The notes below the pieces were generated by a model, which worked only from the letters and a program-made list of their open reading frames with translations, was not told the DNA's origin and did not search any database. Positions 12,154 through 24,618 of a stretch of DNA of 64,000 nt are shown one piece after another. Origin of the DNA: Nageia nagi (lineage: Eukaryota > Plantae > Pinophyta); assembly GCA_050084985.1 (NCBI GenBank), contig JBITNC010000001.1, positions 81,034,001-81,098,000 of the forward strand, given 5' to 3'. Position numbers and translations under genes: made by a program. How positions within the stretch are numbered: the stretch's first letter is position 1; every line of letters starts with the position of its first letter.

Positions 12154-12635
12154 ACGCGTGTGTTTGTCCTTCTCCTTCCTCATCAATGTTCTCCAGACAG
12201 ATTCCAAAAACTCTGCCTCTTCCAAGACCCTCCATGGCGCCACACTAAGCTCCTTGTGGCTCAATCTTACGTGGGTTTGAATAAATAGTTCGCATCCCTT
12301 ACAACAACTTTCAGCTGTGCGATGCCTCCTCTATGAGGCACTCTCTTCTCTTCCTCAGGCTCCATGTGGGGAGGTGCAGTCCAAGACACACCCCTTTCTC
12401 CACACAGGCTCTTCTCATGATCCATGCAAGGAGATGCACTCCAACACCCCTTTCTCTGCATGATCTTCTCTCATGGCCCCTCTGGCCATCATTCACATCT
12501 CTAGGGCAGTCCTCTGCCTCTCTTCAACAGATTCAAATCCCCATGACCATAGCTGAAACTATGAACCAACAAAAAACTTCAAACCCTCATCTATGGAGGA
12601 TGGGCAATGGAGTTCTCCAGATCTTCTCCAACGAG

Positions 12636-12647
12636 GCTCTGATACCA
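12636..12647 (-). promoter_or_regulatory. Primer-binding site (tRNA-iMet), unit 1
   Basis: Minus strand TGGTATCAGAGC, 2 nt from the LTR. Confidence 0.92.
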
Positions 12648-13082
12648 CTTGAAGGAGAAACTCCAAAAGCCAAATATTGTATTAACTTGATCTCATATAA
12701 ATACATTCATACTCACACACCTAAAATTATTAATGATCATAAATTACCTTAATCCCTAAGGATTAGGTTTCCAACATTCCCTCCTTTAATCCGCAAGGGA
12801 TTAAGAATACAAAGATGCCTCAAAGATGCTTTTAGGTTTGCTCATCTGGCACTCATCTGGCCCTCGTCTGGTGCTCGTCTGGCGCTCATCTGGCACTCAT
12901 CTGGTGCTCAACAGTTACGCTGAGCCCAACAGCAGTGTTACAGTGTTAGGTTGGTTCCCAACTACCATGTCTGGTGCTCGTCAGGGGTTCATCTGGTAGC
13001 TCTATTCTGGACCCCACTTGGTCCACCGTTTGGCCCGGAGGAGCTCCGCTCAACTTCGACCTCATCTTACCCACTCCTTGGG

Positions 13083-13133
13083 CATTTTGCTTTCTTCCGA
13101 CTTGCAGTGCGCACAGTCTCTGCATTCACCTGT
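13083..13133 (-). other. Captured fragment of plant alcohol dehydrogenase (structural Zn site)
   Basis: TGECRDCAHCKSEESKM matches plant ADH1 TGECxxCxHCKSEESNM. Confidence 0.8.
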
Positions 13134-14478
13134 AGCAAGAAGAACATCAGCTTGCTCCTCTCCACATGCAGTCCTACCTGCTGGGTGAGTTAAACATGCC
13201 ATGTGAGACCATAGGCACCCCTGTAGAACATGGTGTTGATATGCTGGACACTTCCCTCCAAGAAGCCATCCTCCATGATCACCATGTACAGCTTGCAACT
13301 GAAGGTCTGCGAGTCAGCTCTCTAACTCCACGCGATCGCCACCATTCTCGTATACCATGCCTTGTTTCATCATGCATGCAGATCGTGACCCTCCAACCAG
13401 CCGTTTGGTCCCCTCGCGGTGTTCCCCAGCAACCACCTCCATTTTTGCCTGTCACACTTGCCTCCACCTTATGTACAGCTCATGGCTCCTTGGCTAGTAG
13501 TTTGGCATCATTTGGTCGCCTCCTACATGATCTTCCATCCATCCGATCTCCTCATCGCTTCACTCAGCCTCCTCGCTGTATCGCCACTCCCTAGAATGCC
13601 ATTTTCAGCTCAGACTACGAAACATTTTCCTCCTTACATGAGCATCACAGTGCGAACCTCTGTGAGCTTCTAACACACGGATCACCCTTCACATCTTCTG
13701 GTAAGTCAATCTCCTTCAGCTTACGCGAGCTCCTCCACGCAAGCTTCAGGCTTTCTCCATGCGATCTCAGTCAGATTCTTCACGCGATCTCCTCCGCGTG
13801 AAAAAACCAGATCAGTGCTCACAAAACACATGAATAAAACAATAGATTTATTATTTCTCCTCCTCCATGTCCTTCCTCGCAAAAGTCACACGAACGTCTT
13901 CTACTCCCTCTCCGTGCGAGCAATGCACCTCCACGAGCAGCTTCAGACCAGCAAGCTACAGACCACGTAAATGGTTTCTCCTCCGCTCTGCCTTCACGTC
14001 TCCTCACGCAGTGAACATCTCCTTCTCCTCCATGCAACGTACCTCCTCCACGCAGGTCACGTCTCCTCTTTTCTGCTGTGCGTGGGTTTCCTTCACCATT
14101 TTCGGGTCATGCCGCCTAACCTCGTTCTCCGCCCAGGGCTGCATTCTTAACTTTCAGCTATGCGATGCCTCCTCTATGAGGCACTTTCTTCTCTTCCTCA
14201 GGCTCCATGTGGGGAGGTGCTGTCCAAGACACACCCCTTTCTCCACACAGGCTCTTCTCATGATCCATGCAAGGAGATGCACTCCAACACCCCTTTCTCT
14301 GCATGATCTTCTCTCATGGCCCCTCTGGCCATCATTCACATCTCTAGGGCAGTCCTCTGTCTCTCTTCAACAGATTCAAATCCCCATGACCATAGCTGAA
14401 ACTATGAACCAACAAAAAACTTCAAACCCTCATCTATGGAGGATGGGCAATGGAGTTCTCCAGATCTTCTCCAACGAG

Positions 14479-14490
14479 GCTCTGATACCA
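14479..14490 (-). promoter_or_regulatory. Primer-binding site (tRNA-iMet), unit 2
   Basis: Minus strand TGGTATCAGAGC, 2 nt from the LTR at 14493. Confidence 0.92.
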
Positions 14491-16085
14491 CTTGAAGGAG
14501 AAACTCCAAAATCCAAATATTGTATTAACTTGATCTCATATAAATACATTCATACTCACACACCTAAAACTATTAAGGATCACAAATTACCTTAATCCCT
14601 AAGGATTAGGTTTCCAACACATCTAGCTTGCATTCAAATGAAATAGTAGTGATCTTATATCAATCACCATAGCATACCATAAGAAACCAATGTCGCCAAT
14701 GGCCTAAGAACACATTGTTGGCTATGTAAAATATGTATATCTATGAATGGAAATAAATATATGTGAAAGCAAGATGAAGGGTTTAACAAATCTATGTAGA
14801 GATGGTGTTACAAAACATCGTTGTTGGTTGGATAGAATGATATTGCATGTATTGGTCTTTTTCTCTTGATATCTATTGATGTCGATTGTGTTACCTTTAA
14901 TATTCTTTTATAACAATATTTTGATCCTCTTTGATTCTTAGTATCATTGCATATTACATTATTTATGGCATCTTTCTTGGTATTTAACATCTTTACATCA
15001 TATAACTATCCATTACATTGATTACATTACCTTTGGTACATTTTACCCCCTTTTACAATAAATATTTCTTTGATACTTTTTGATCCCAGAAATGGGTAGC
15101 TCATGAGTTTACAGTTGCTTTTGTCTTGTTTTGTCTTGTAGTGGTTTCTACTTTTTGCAGTGAAGCAGATTTAACTAAGGAACTTTGCTATTTCTTCTTT
15201 TCCATCTTTGCTTTAGTACCATAGCATAGTGGATTGTATACATAGAATCTAAGAGTTAAACAGTATAGCTCCATTTTTAAGGAAGCTTAACCCCACATTA
15301 GTAGTACTCTAAATCTAAAGGAAAGTGAAGCAGTTTTTTATTACATTTTCTATGAAGCATTTCACCTATAGCATAGTAGATTGGCTACAAAATGCTTAGA
15401 AATAGATAGTGCTTTTGAATCTTGAATTGTAAAGGTCAAAGTCCTTTCAAAACTCCATTTTTGATTAATACATTTACCATTTAATAAAAAAAATCATATT
15501 AGGCATCTACGTTTTGCCCCTCTTTAGAGGTGTGATTGAAGAAATGAAATTACATATCCAAATAAGAAGTATAGAAGAAATTTTTGAGAACTTTGAATCT
15601 TTATCCAACACTACCATTAAATGATGATGAGGGTCCTTTGTTGCCCCCTTTTGGCTTAATTTCCCTAGTAAAGGTCCTTGGGTGGTGCAACTGATATAAA
15701 ACCTAAAGAATTGTATCTTTTTATCCCTTACAATATTTTTGCCATGAAAGGAACTCTGCTACAAAGTAGTCTTATGGTCCCATGTCCAATCTTTGAAATA
15801 GAAGAGAGTTTTTTGCCCCTTTACATTGTTCAACAATGAATCTAGTCATTCCTTCATCTTTGATACTAAGGAATATGATACTCTTACATCCATGTCTTGA
15901 TACAAAAAAGGTTCCTTTTATTTTAGCTTTTGGTTCATTGACATTCACATCACTTACTTCATGAAAATAGTGTTTTTACATCATTGATAGTGTGGATTAT
16001 TCATTATTTTCTTTCCTTATTTTGATGTATATACCTAAAAAAAGTGTTATATATACCCTACATGAAAATATTTTGGATACATAGT

Positions 16086-16600
16086 GAGTTGCATCATCCA
16101 TTAATGATGATTCAATGTCAGCAATCTACTTACGATTACATCATCAATTTATCTTTTGAGTGAGTGAAATCTCACTAGTCGTATCGATGGCTATCAGTGG
16201 TCATATGTTTTATGTCTATGACCCTGAGATATTATGCTTTCGCATGGTTCAAAGAAAAATCATATAGACATACAATGAGTTGTATTATCCATTGAGGATG
16301 AATCAATATCCATATCTTTCTTATGGTTGCACCATCGATTTATCTTTGAAGTGAGTGAACTCTCATTAGTCGTATTGATGGTTATTGATGGTCATACATT
16401 TTATGTCTATAACCCTTAGACATTATGCTTTGTATTATTCAAATACAAAATCATGTGGATACATAATAAGTTGTATCATCCATTGAGGATGAATCAATAT
16501 CCACATCTTACTTACAGCTATATCGTTGATTTATCTTTTAAGTGAGTGAACTCTCACTAGCCTTATCAATGGCTATCGATAACCTAGCATTTATATGTAC
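16086..16600. repeat. ~191-bp tandem repeat (about 2.7 copies) in the 3' non-coding region of the Tat element
   Basis: (g/a)agttg(c/t)at(c/t)atccatt starts at 16086, 16277 and 16468, with shared gtgagtgaa(a/c)tctca.tagtcgtat blocks. Confidence 0.8.
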
Positions 16601-16789
16601 ATGGTCTACAGATATTATACTACCTCTTTTTTTGTATGCAATTGATAGTGTATAAATAGTAATGCATTCCATTAGCTATGTAACAATAATGAAAGAAACT
16701 ATAGAAATGAAAATGGAAAGTAAAATACATGTACATTGCATAAAATATTTGTTATTTTACAAGGTATAGAGCTATTATATTATTCAAAG

Positions 16790-19700
16790 AAGCATTTAAG
16801 GTGCATAACATTAAAGATTTTTGGTTCTTCTTTACCATACATGGATGATAACTTGTAAGCTCCTGATCTTGTTGCTTCAACTACAACAAATGGGCCTATC
16901 AATTTGGTTCAAATTTCCCTTTTACTTCATCATTTGTAGCTATCTTGTTAATGTTTTCTTTCAGTACTAAGTCTCCCACTTTGAAGTCATTTGGTTTGAT
17001 CTTATTTTCAATTGCTCTTTTCAATTTTGCATGATAAGTTTTTTGATTTTCAATTTCCTTGATTCTCTTCTCATCAAGGGATTCCAACTATTGCAATTTG
17101 CATTTTTTTCCTCCTCATCTAATATTTGTCCTTGTAGTTAGATACATAAGGATGAAAACTCCAACTCTAATGGTATTATAGCCTCATCTCCATATACTAA
17201 TGAAAATGGTATGGCTCCAATGGCTATTATAATACTTGTTTTGTATGCCCAAAGCGCATAGGGTAATTGCTCATGCCAATCTCTTTTGTATGTATCCCAT
17301 GTTTTTACCAAAATGCTTTTGATTGTTTTGTTTGATGCTTCTTCCTAACCATTCCCTTGAGGATAATAAACTAAAGAAAATATTTGAGCAATATGAAACT
17401 TTTTACAAAAGTTTTTTATATCTTTATCTTTGAAATTTTACCCATTATCTATGATCAACTTTTGTGGCACCCCAAACTGTGTGATGATTTTCTCAATTAG
17501 GAAAGCAATAATATTTTCTCATGTGATTGATTTCATTGGACTAGTCTCATCCCATTTTATAGTGAATTTTGTAGCTATGATATTGAATTTGTGACCTTCT
17601 CTTGAGTATGGATTGGCAAGCCCAATCAAATCTATGCCCCATGTTGCAAACGATCATGGTGAAATTATGGAATTCAATTCTTGAGTTGGTTGTTTCTCCA
17701 AATTTGCATGATTTTGACATTATAAATAGGTTTTAACATGATTCTTACAATCCTCATACATTATAGGCCAATAGTATCCAATTTGCAAAAGCTTAGTGTA
17801 TAATGCTTTTGCATGAAAATGTCATCCACACAACCCATCATGTGCCTATTCTAATGCTATTGCTATTTTATGTTGTGTTAGACATCTCAAAAAAGCTCCA
17901 TAAAATGACATTATATGTAAAAATTCACTAATAATCACATACTTAACAACTATCCTCTTTAATATAACTTTTTCATTTCTATCAAAACTTGATGGAATTG
18001 TTTGATCTTTCAAATAATTGTAAATATCAACATACCATTGCCAGGGTTACTTTCTATATCAAGGTGGCATGTATGTACTTTGTCTATGTGATCAAGGTAA
18101 GAAGGTGTATTGAGGTTTCAAATCTTGAGGATAGTTTCTTCATATTTTATCTCAATTGGTGCCAATGAAGCTACACTTGCCATTACATCTGCATACCTAT
18201 TATTAGTCCTTGGGATGTTCTAAATAGTGTACCTATTAAACTCATCAAGCAACTCAACAACCACTATCTTATATGAATTTAACTTTTCATCCTTTGTATT
18301 ATATGCATCATTAACTTGATTTACCACAAGTTGTGAATCATCATAGATCTTAAAATTATTTTTTAGGGTTATAGTTGCTTTTAATCCCAAAATCAAAGCT
18401 TCATACTCTACCATGTTATTGGTATACTCAAATCCAAGTTTATAGGCCATAGTAATTACCTCATTGGTAGGTGACACTAAAAAAATACCTACCCCCACTC
18501 CATAAGAACACTTAGAGCCATCAAAATATAGAGTCTAGGCTATAGGTTTGTCCTCTATGTAGCACACAAACTCATCTGAAATTATCATTTCATTAATATC
18601 AGACTATTGGTGGCCTTTTGTTAGTGTTGCACACCATTAGCTACGTGAATACTCTTTATACTCATATGGGAACTCTTCATATACTACTCTACCATCATTT
18701 GAGTGATGTTTGCTATCAAGTATGCAATTGCCTATCCTTTCATGGATTTTTTCTTTACCATATTGATATCAAATTCTTGCAATATCATCAACCATTTAGC
18801 TACTCTTCCTGATAAATGTTATTTTGCTATAAGATATTTCAGTGGGTTAATTGGGCTAATAACATATGTAATATAGAATAAAAGATAATACCTTAGCTTT
18901 TTTGTAGAAAAAAACTACCAAAGCAAATCTTTTCCATAGGTGTGTATCTAGTTTTGTAACTAATAAGAGTTTTGCTAAGGTAGTATATTGCCTTTTCTTT
19001 ATTCTCATCATTTTTTTGACACAACATTTGCCCTAAGGCATATATAGTGGATGATATATAAAGATAAGATGGCTTTGCAAAATCCATAAGCACTAAGATA
19101 GGAGGATTTAACATGTATTATTTTATATCCTCAAATGCTTTTTGACATTTTTCATCCCACACAAACTTGACATCCTTTCTCAACAAATGAGTAAATGGCC
19201 TACATTTATCTCCAAGTTGAGAAATGAACCTTCTTACCAAATTTATCTTTCATTGAAGGCTCCTTAATTAGTTGCTTGAGATTTCTTGGTGTTGGCATAC
19301 TTACTATGACTTTTACCATCTTAGGATCTACCTCAATTCCCCTTTGTGAGACTATGAATCCAAGCAATTTTCTTTAAGTAACATCAAAAGCACACTTTTG
19401 AGGTTTGAGTCTAAGCTTATACCTTTTTATGATTTTAAATACCTCTTCAAGGAGCTCTAAATGGTCTTGGCCTTACTTTGATTTGACCAAGATGTTATCA
19501 ACATATACCTCTATTGATTTATGAATGTGTACATGGAACATTGACACCATAACCCTTTGGTAAGTAGCATCTATATTTTTCAATCCAAAAAGCATAACCT
19601 TCCAACAAAAATTTCCCCATGGTGTAGTGAATGTAGTATTATGTTGATCAATTAGATTAATTAATATTTGATTATATCCTAAAAATCCATCCATAAAAGA

Positions 19701-22700
19701 TAAAGTATCATGACCAATAATACTATCTATAATTATATCAATATTAGAAAATGGAGAATCATCTTTTGGACAAGCATTATTGATATCATAAAAATAAGTG
19801 CAAACCCTTATTTATCTAGTAGGTTTTGTAACAAGAATAATGTTAGCCATCCATTTTGAATAATAAATTGGTTTAATGAATCCAACATTCAAATGTTTTT
19901 TTATTTCTTTCTTGATTAACAATGCCTTAGAAGGATGCATATTTCTTAGTTTTTGTTTAATTGCTTTTACTTTTTCCTTTAGTGGTAAATTATGTATAAC
20001 AAAAGAGGAATTTAAACCAAACATATCAACATAACACCAAGCAAAATTCTTTTCATTTTTAAGAAATTTATTTTTGTACCTTTCTTGTTGAGGTGTTGAA
20101 AGGGCTACTCTAACCTTGAACAACCTTTGGTCCTCACTTATTCTGATATTGACATCTACTAATTCTTTAGCTAGAAATGTTAATTCAACATTTTTATATA
20201 CTAATGAAGGCATTTATTCTAATCCATAAATGTCACATGTATCATCATCTCCTTGCTGAACCTAAAACACTTCATTAAAATTCACTTCTTGTCCAAAATA
20301 TGTATACTCGTTAAGAATACAACTTATTTTTTGTTTTTCATTGGATTTAAGAAATTCTGAATGCGCTCCCAAGTATTCTAAAATATCATCATCAATACTA
20401 AAGCAATCAAACTCAAGTGGTATAGTATCATCAATCCATAAATATTCATCAATATCATCAAAAAGTTTAATCAAATTGCATTATTTTATAAACTTGATAG
20501 GTTCCATTATTTATTTTGTATTCTAATCACTACCCAATCCATTCTTAGTTTTCTAAGCTCCTAAAGTAGTAGGAAAAGAAGACATTCCTTATTTCAATTT
20601 ACATAAATCCCCTCCTTTATATTTGCAATTTTCTATCATGTACTCGTGAACAAAAAGATATGGAAAGGTTTTACCCATTACATTTGTTGTATGATCATTC
20701 ATTTACATATTTGAATTGGATGATATCATTGCTATAAAGCAAGATCTCCCATCATAACCACTATTTTCATGCTGCTAGTGGCCTTCAGGTAGTATAGCAC
20801 ATTGCTGAGGACCTTTAACATTGAGAATTTTTGATCATCCTAGATCTTTGATGGACATGAACAAATCAATATTTTCAATTCTATACATTTCCATACCTAT
20901 TTTTGCTATCTGAGGTTGCTTTTCTATATTTATCACTAGTGCATCAATTTCCAAGGGTACAATCACATATCTAGGATAAGTCATTATGAACTCTTCTAAA
21001 TATACTGCATTATATAAGGCATATGGTTTTGGATCACCTCTTACTATATGTACCTCATCCTGATATTTAAATTTCAACTTGCCATGTATTGTAGATGGTA
21101 CTACATCCATATAATGAAGCCAAGGTCTTGCTAACAATAGATTATATGATAGTTTTGAATCAACAACCTAAAATTGAGTTTCAACTATTTTAACTCCTAT
21201 TGTAACCAAAATTGTAGCTATCCCAACTAACTTTTTAGATGAACTATCATATTTTTTAGTTCTAAATGTAGCTTCTTCCAAGGGAGGTATCTCTACACCT
21301 CTTTCTTAAAGATGTATCAAAAATTTATGAGAACATACATTAACTGCTGATCCATTATTTACCAATGTTCTTTTTATCTTCCATACATCTATCATAGATG
21401 TGATATACAAAGCTAGACATTCAATAAGGAGTTATATACTAAGCTTTTCAGATCTATAAAAAGATATTGCATTATATTCCTTAATAGATATAAGGTTTTC
21501 TAAAAATATGATAGCAGACATATTTATAGGGACTGTTTCTTTTTTTAACAAAACATATATTATCTCCCTATGTGTTTTAGATGTAGAAATGTGATCATAT
21601 AAACTAAGTTGGGAGGAGTAGTTTTCAATTATTCAATCATGCTATAAGTTTTGGGATCAAGTGGAACACTTACTTATTTAGTAGTAATTAGATTTGGAAT
21701 ATATCTTGGATTCACCTTTCTTAGTCCCACAAAAATTTCTTTATCAAACAGAACTATGTTCATCATTACCTCTAGATCTGAATCTTTCTAATCAATTTCA
21801 TACCTTCCTTGTGCAATAAGATCTAGAATTGCTACCTCCAATGCTTTGAAAAAAATTGTAGCACGATCTTTCCTTTAATGATAAGTGCAATAACCATCAG
21901 ATTTTCCCATAAGGATATTATCATCTTGTGTTGTTTTCTTTAATGGTTGCAATAAACCTCTTTTCATCAAATCTCTCATAATAAACCAAGGTTGAATTGA
22001 AAATGTATGCCTTCTTTCTCTTGTTGTAGCTGATCTTGTTAATTTAGGTGGGGATACAGGTGCATTAGCCATATTTACTATCTTTTCCTCCTTTTTATGT
22101 ATGTACTATGATTATCCTTAGTGTAAGGAGTGTAGGTACTCTTGAGATCTCCTAAATCAAGTAAAACTTTCTCTTTTTGCAACAATTCTTGTACTAATAC
22201 ACCAAATCCAACATTCTTACTACTTGGAGCATGCAAGTTAATGATTGACAAAATAGAATCTCTAAATATAAACAAATTTCATATTCATCCAATTTGCTAT
22301 GAATAGAGTGCCATACCTTTTTGAACCTTAGAATATACTTATTTAGGGTTTCATTATTTCCTTAGCACATTGCACATAACTCTATAACAATTCCTTGTTC
22401 TTTAATATTATGCTCGTATTGACCCATGAATACTTTTAGTAATGACTTGAATGAATCTATTGACCCTCCTGGTAAATTATAGAACCATTGACTAGCATCA
22501 CCTTTTAAACTCCTTGGGAAGAATTTGACTATCAATCTCTCCTTTCATCCTAATTTCAATAAGCATTCCTCCTAAAAGTTGATAAGATGTTGCTTTGGAT
22601 GTTTTTCACCACTAAACATCTCAAACTTGGGGGCCTTATGCTTGAGTGTTAGGGATAATTATGGATATCATCTGATAAGGGTGAGGTAAATACACCATCA
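16790..22700 (-). pseudogene. Decayed gag-pol of the Tat element
   Basis: RT (MDGFLGYNQI...FTTPWG...MLFGLKN...YVDNIL), RH (EKAIYYLSKTL...YTPMEK), additional RH (YFDGSKC...GVGIFLVSP...TNNMVEYEALILGL), INT C-terminus (FKVGDLVLKEN...KGKFEPN), protease region (LLARPWLH...PSTIHGKLKF). Confidence 0.9.
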
Positions 22701-22905
22701 CAATCTTCTTTTTGCTAAAATTTATTGCTATTCTTAAGATTGGTTAACCTTGCAGCTAGTACTGGATCTAAAATTGATTGCAAACTGCTATCAGAGCTTT
22801 ACATTGAAGATATTTTTCCACGTAGAGTTTCCAATTATTTATCCATCCATGCCATGTTTGCTAGAGCTTCTTCCATTTTTTACACTATTGAAAATATTAG
22901 AATTA

Positions 22906-23338
22906 TGGAGTGATGGTCAACACTTTAGAATTGAAAAGATTAATCATAATAGAGTGACATTTTATTATGGAGTGATGGTTGATTTTGACCAAGCAAATCA
23001 TGCAAGTACAAAAGATAAAAAATTAATAGAAGGAACATTACAATATGTTGGAAAAATTCAACAAATCATTAAATTAAATTATAGGTCCTTATAATGTGCA
23101 GTATTTAGATGTAAATGGTTTGACACACTTGATAGAAGAATAATATTACATGATGTCAATAGTAAATACATTGCAATCAAATCTATAAAATATTTAGTTG
23201 AAGATAAAGAACCTTATATTTTATCACAACATTGTAGTCAAGTATTTTTCTGTCCAGATGTAGAGGACAATATGGTTTGTAATTAATGTTGATCCTAGAG
23301 AAAAACATATTGTGTATGAAATTATTTTGGATGCTTGA
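22906..23338 (+). pseudogene. CACTA Tnp2 transposase, 3' part (DUF4216-like)
   Basis: WSDGQHFRIEK...YVGKIQQIIKLNY...VFRCKWFD...EPYILSQHCSQVFF. It continues the ...FSSM broken at about 10857. Confidence 0.85.
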
Positions 23339-24618
23339 TGACCATTTTCTAGTAGTGTATGAAATTATTCAAATATGTTCTACAATACTGCTACCACAAC
23401 ATTCGATTTACAAGCACCAAGTAGACACAACCACACATCTAAGAAGTACTTTTTGAAAAATTGAAATGAAACATAAAATTGATGGATATGCATGTAAAAT
23501 ATGGAAGATACATGATGCAAACATAATTTTATGGACTACAATGTGAAATATGTATGATGTAGATACAATTTCATATCATATGTCATAATTTATTTGTATA
23601 AAGGTTCTGATACAAGCTAGAAAATGAAGGAACCCACAACATGTTCCATTATTTTCACCTCATTATTATGTATATATAACAAGATATCCACTTGTGAACC
23701 ATATATTTTTTCTATTTTTGGCTAAGTATTAGAGGGAAGGAAAAGAAGGAGCCCACAACATATTCCATTATTTTTGGGAACTTGAAATATTTTTTATCAT
23801 TTCAAGTTTTTTGATATGAGGGGTTAGAAGAGAGAGGTGCATTTAGTTCATTTCATATCATACATATATTACACTCGGCATTTGGTGTATTGTCAAGACT
23901 ATATAGATGAGGCTATACTAGATGAGAGGAGAGATGGTGAGACTAGCAGAGATGAGATGAGACGAGGGGAGACATGGTATAAAGTATTTTGCTTCATCTT
24001 ATATGCCTATGGCTATAGAAAAAAAAATTTTCATTTCATATGGTATAGGTGCAATTGCCTCATCATCTTGCAAACTCTACAATTTTAATCTATAGTTTAA
24101 GCATCAAGGTTGGTTATGTGATAACATTATGAACAATGCTGAAGCATAATAGTGATATGTATTTTGAGAGATTGTAAATGTAGCTAGCCTTGAATTTAAT
24201 AATTCATGATATTTTTTACATGTTATCAAGGAGCAAATACATCCAACCTTTATATCTTGTTGTGCATATTATGTAGGTAGGGAACATAGTATATCAAATA
24301 GGATAATGTATATAGAATTATTAATAGATAGCATCAATTAACAATTATGTCTGTATCATTATCATACTTATCATAATGGTTTCTCACAATTCAATACTTA
24401 TAATAATGTCATTATTATTTATAATTTGCAAGTGCAAAGAGAGCACCAAGTATGTCATTTTTCTTGAAATGCCTAGTAACTTTTCAAGTGCCTAATGAAT
24501 CATTATACATCATTATTATCTTAGATTCAAAGATTGGCATCAACATAAAATATAACCCAAATTATGTTAATAAATCATAGAACCATAAGCATAAATATTT
24601 TTATATTTATGTGTTAAC

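Larger units (their letters stand above)
10982..14619 (-). mobile_element. Young non-autonomous tandem LTR retroelement (TRIM-like, LTR-I1-LTR-I2-LTR) with 5-bp TSD CATCT
   Basis: Three 127-bp TG...CA LTRs at 10982-11108, 12650-12776 and 14493-14619. TSD catct at 10977-10981 and 14620-14624. Each unit has a PBS and a PPT. No gag/pol. GC-rich and CpG-retaining, unlike the flanks. Confidence 0.95.
10862..22905 (-). mobile_element. Ty3/gypsy Tat-lineage retrotransposon, 5'-truncated (5' LTR and PBS missing), inserted in the CACTA transposase
   Basis: 3' LTR runs from TGTAGAC (10862) to CATCTACG (15511), about 1 kb after removing the nested element. PPT complement ttttgcccctcttt at 15512-15525. 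Domain order on the minus strand is gag-PR-RT-RH-additional RH-INT. Confidence 0.85.

Noticed and set aside
13867-14595. 242-aa plus-strand ORF (and the 139-aa copy at 12333-12752)
   Set aside because: Antisense to the element, runs through the PBS and LTR, and has no recognisable domain. Likely a by-product of GC-rich young sequence.
10982-14619. CRISPR-like array, or contamination suggested by the GC jump
   Set aside because: The repeats are LTRs with PBS, PPT and TSD, and no cas genes are present. The TSD shows a real insertion, and the GC/CpG content is explained by youth.
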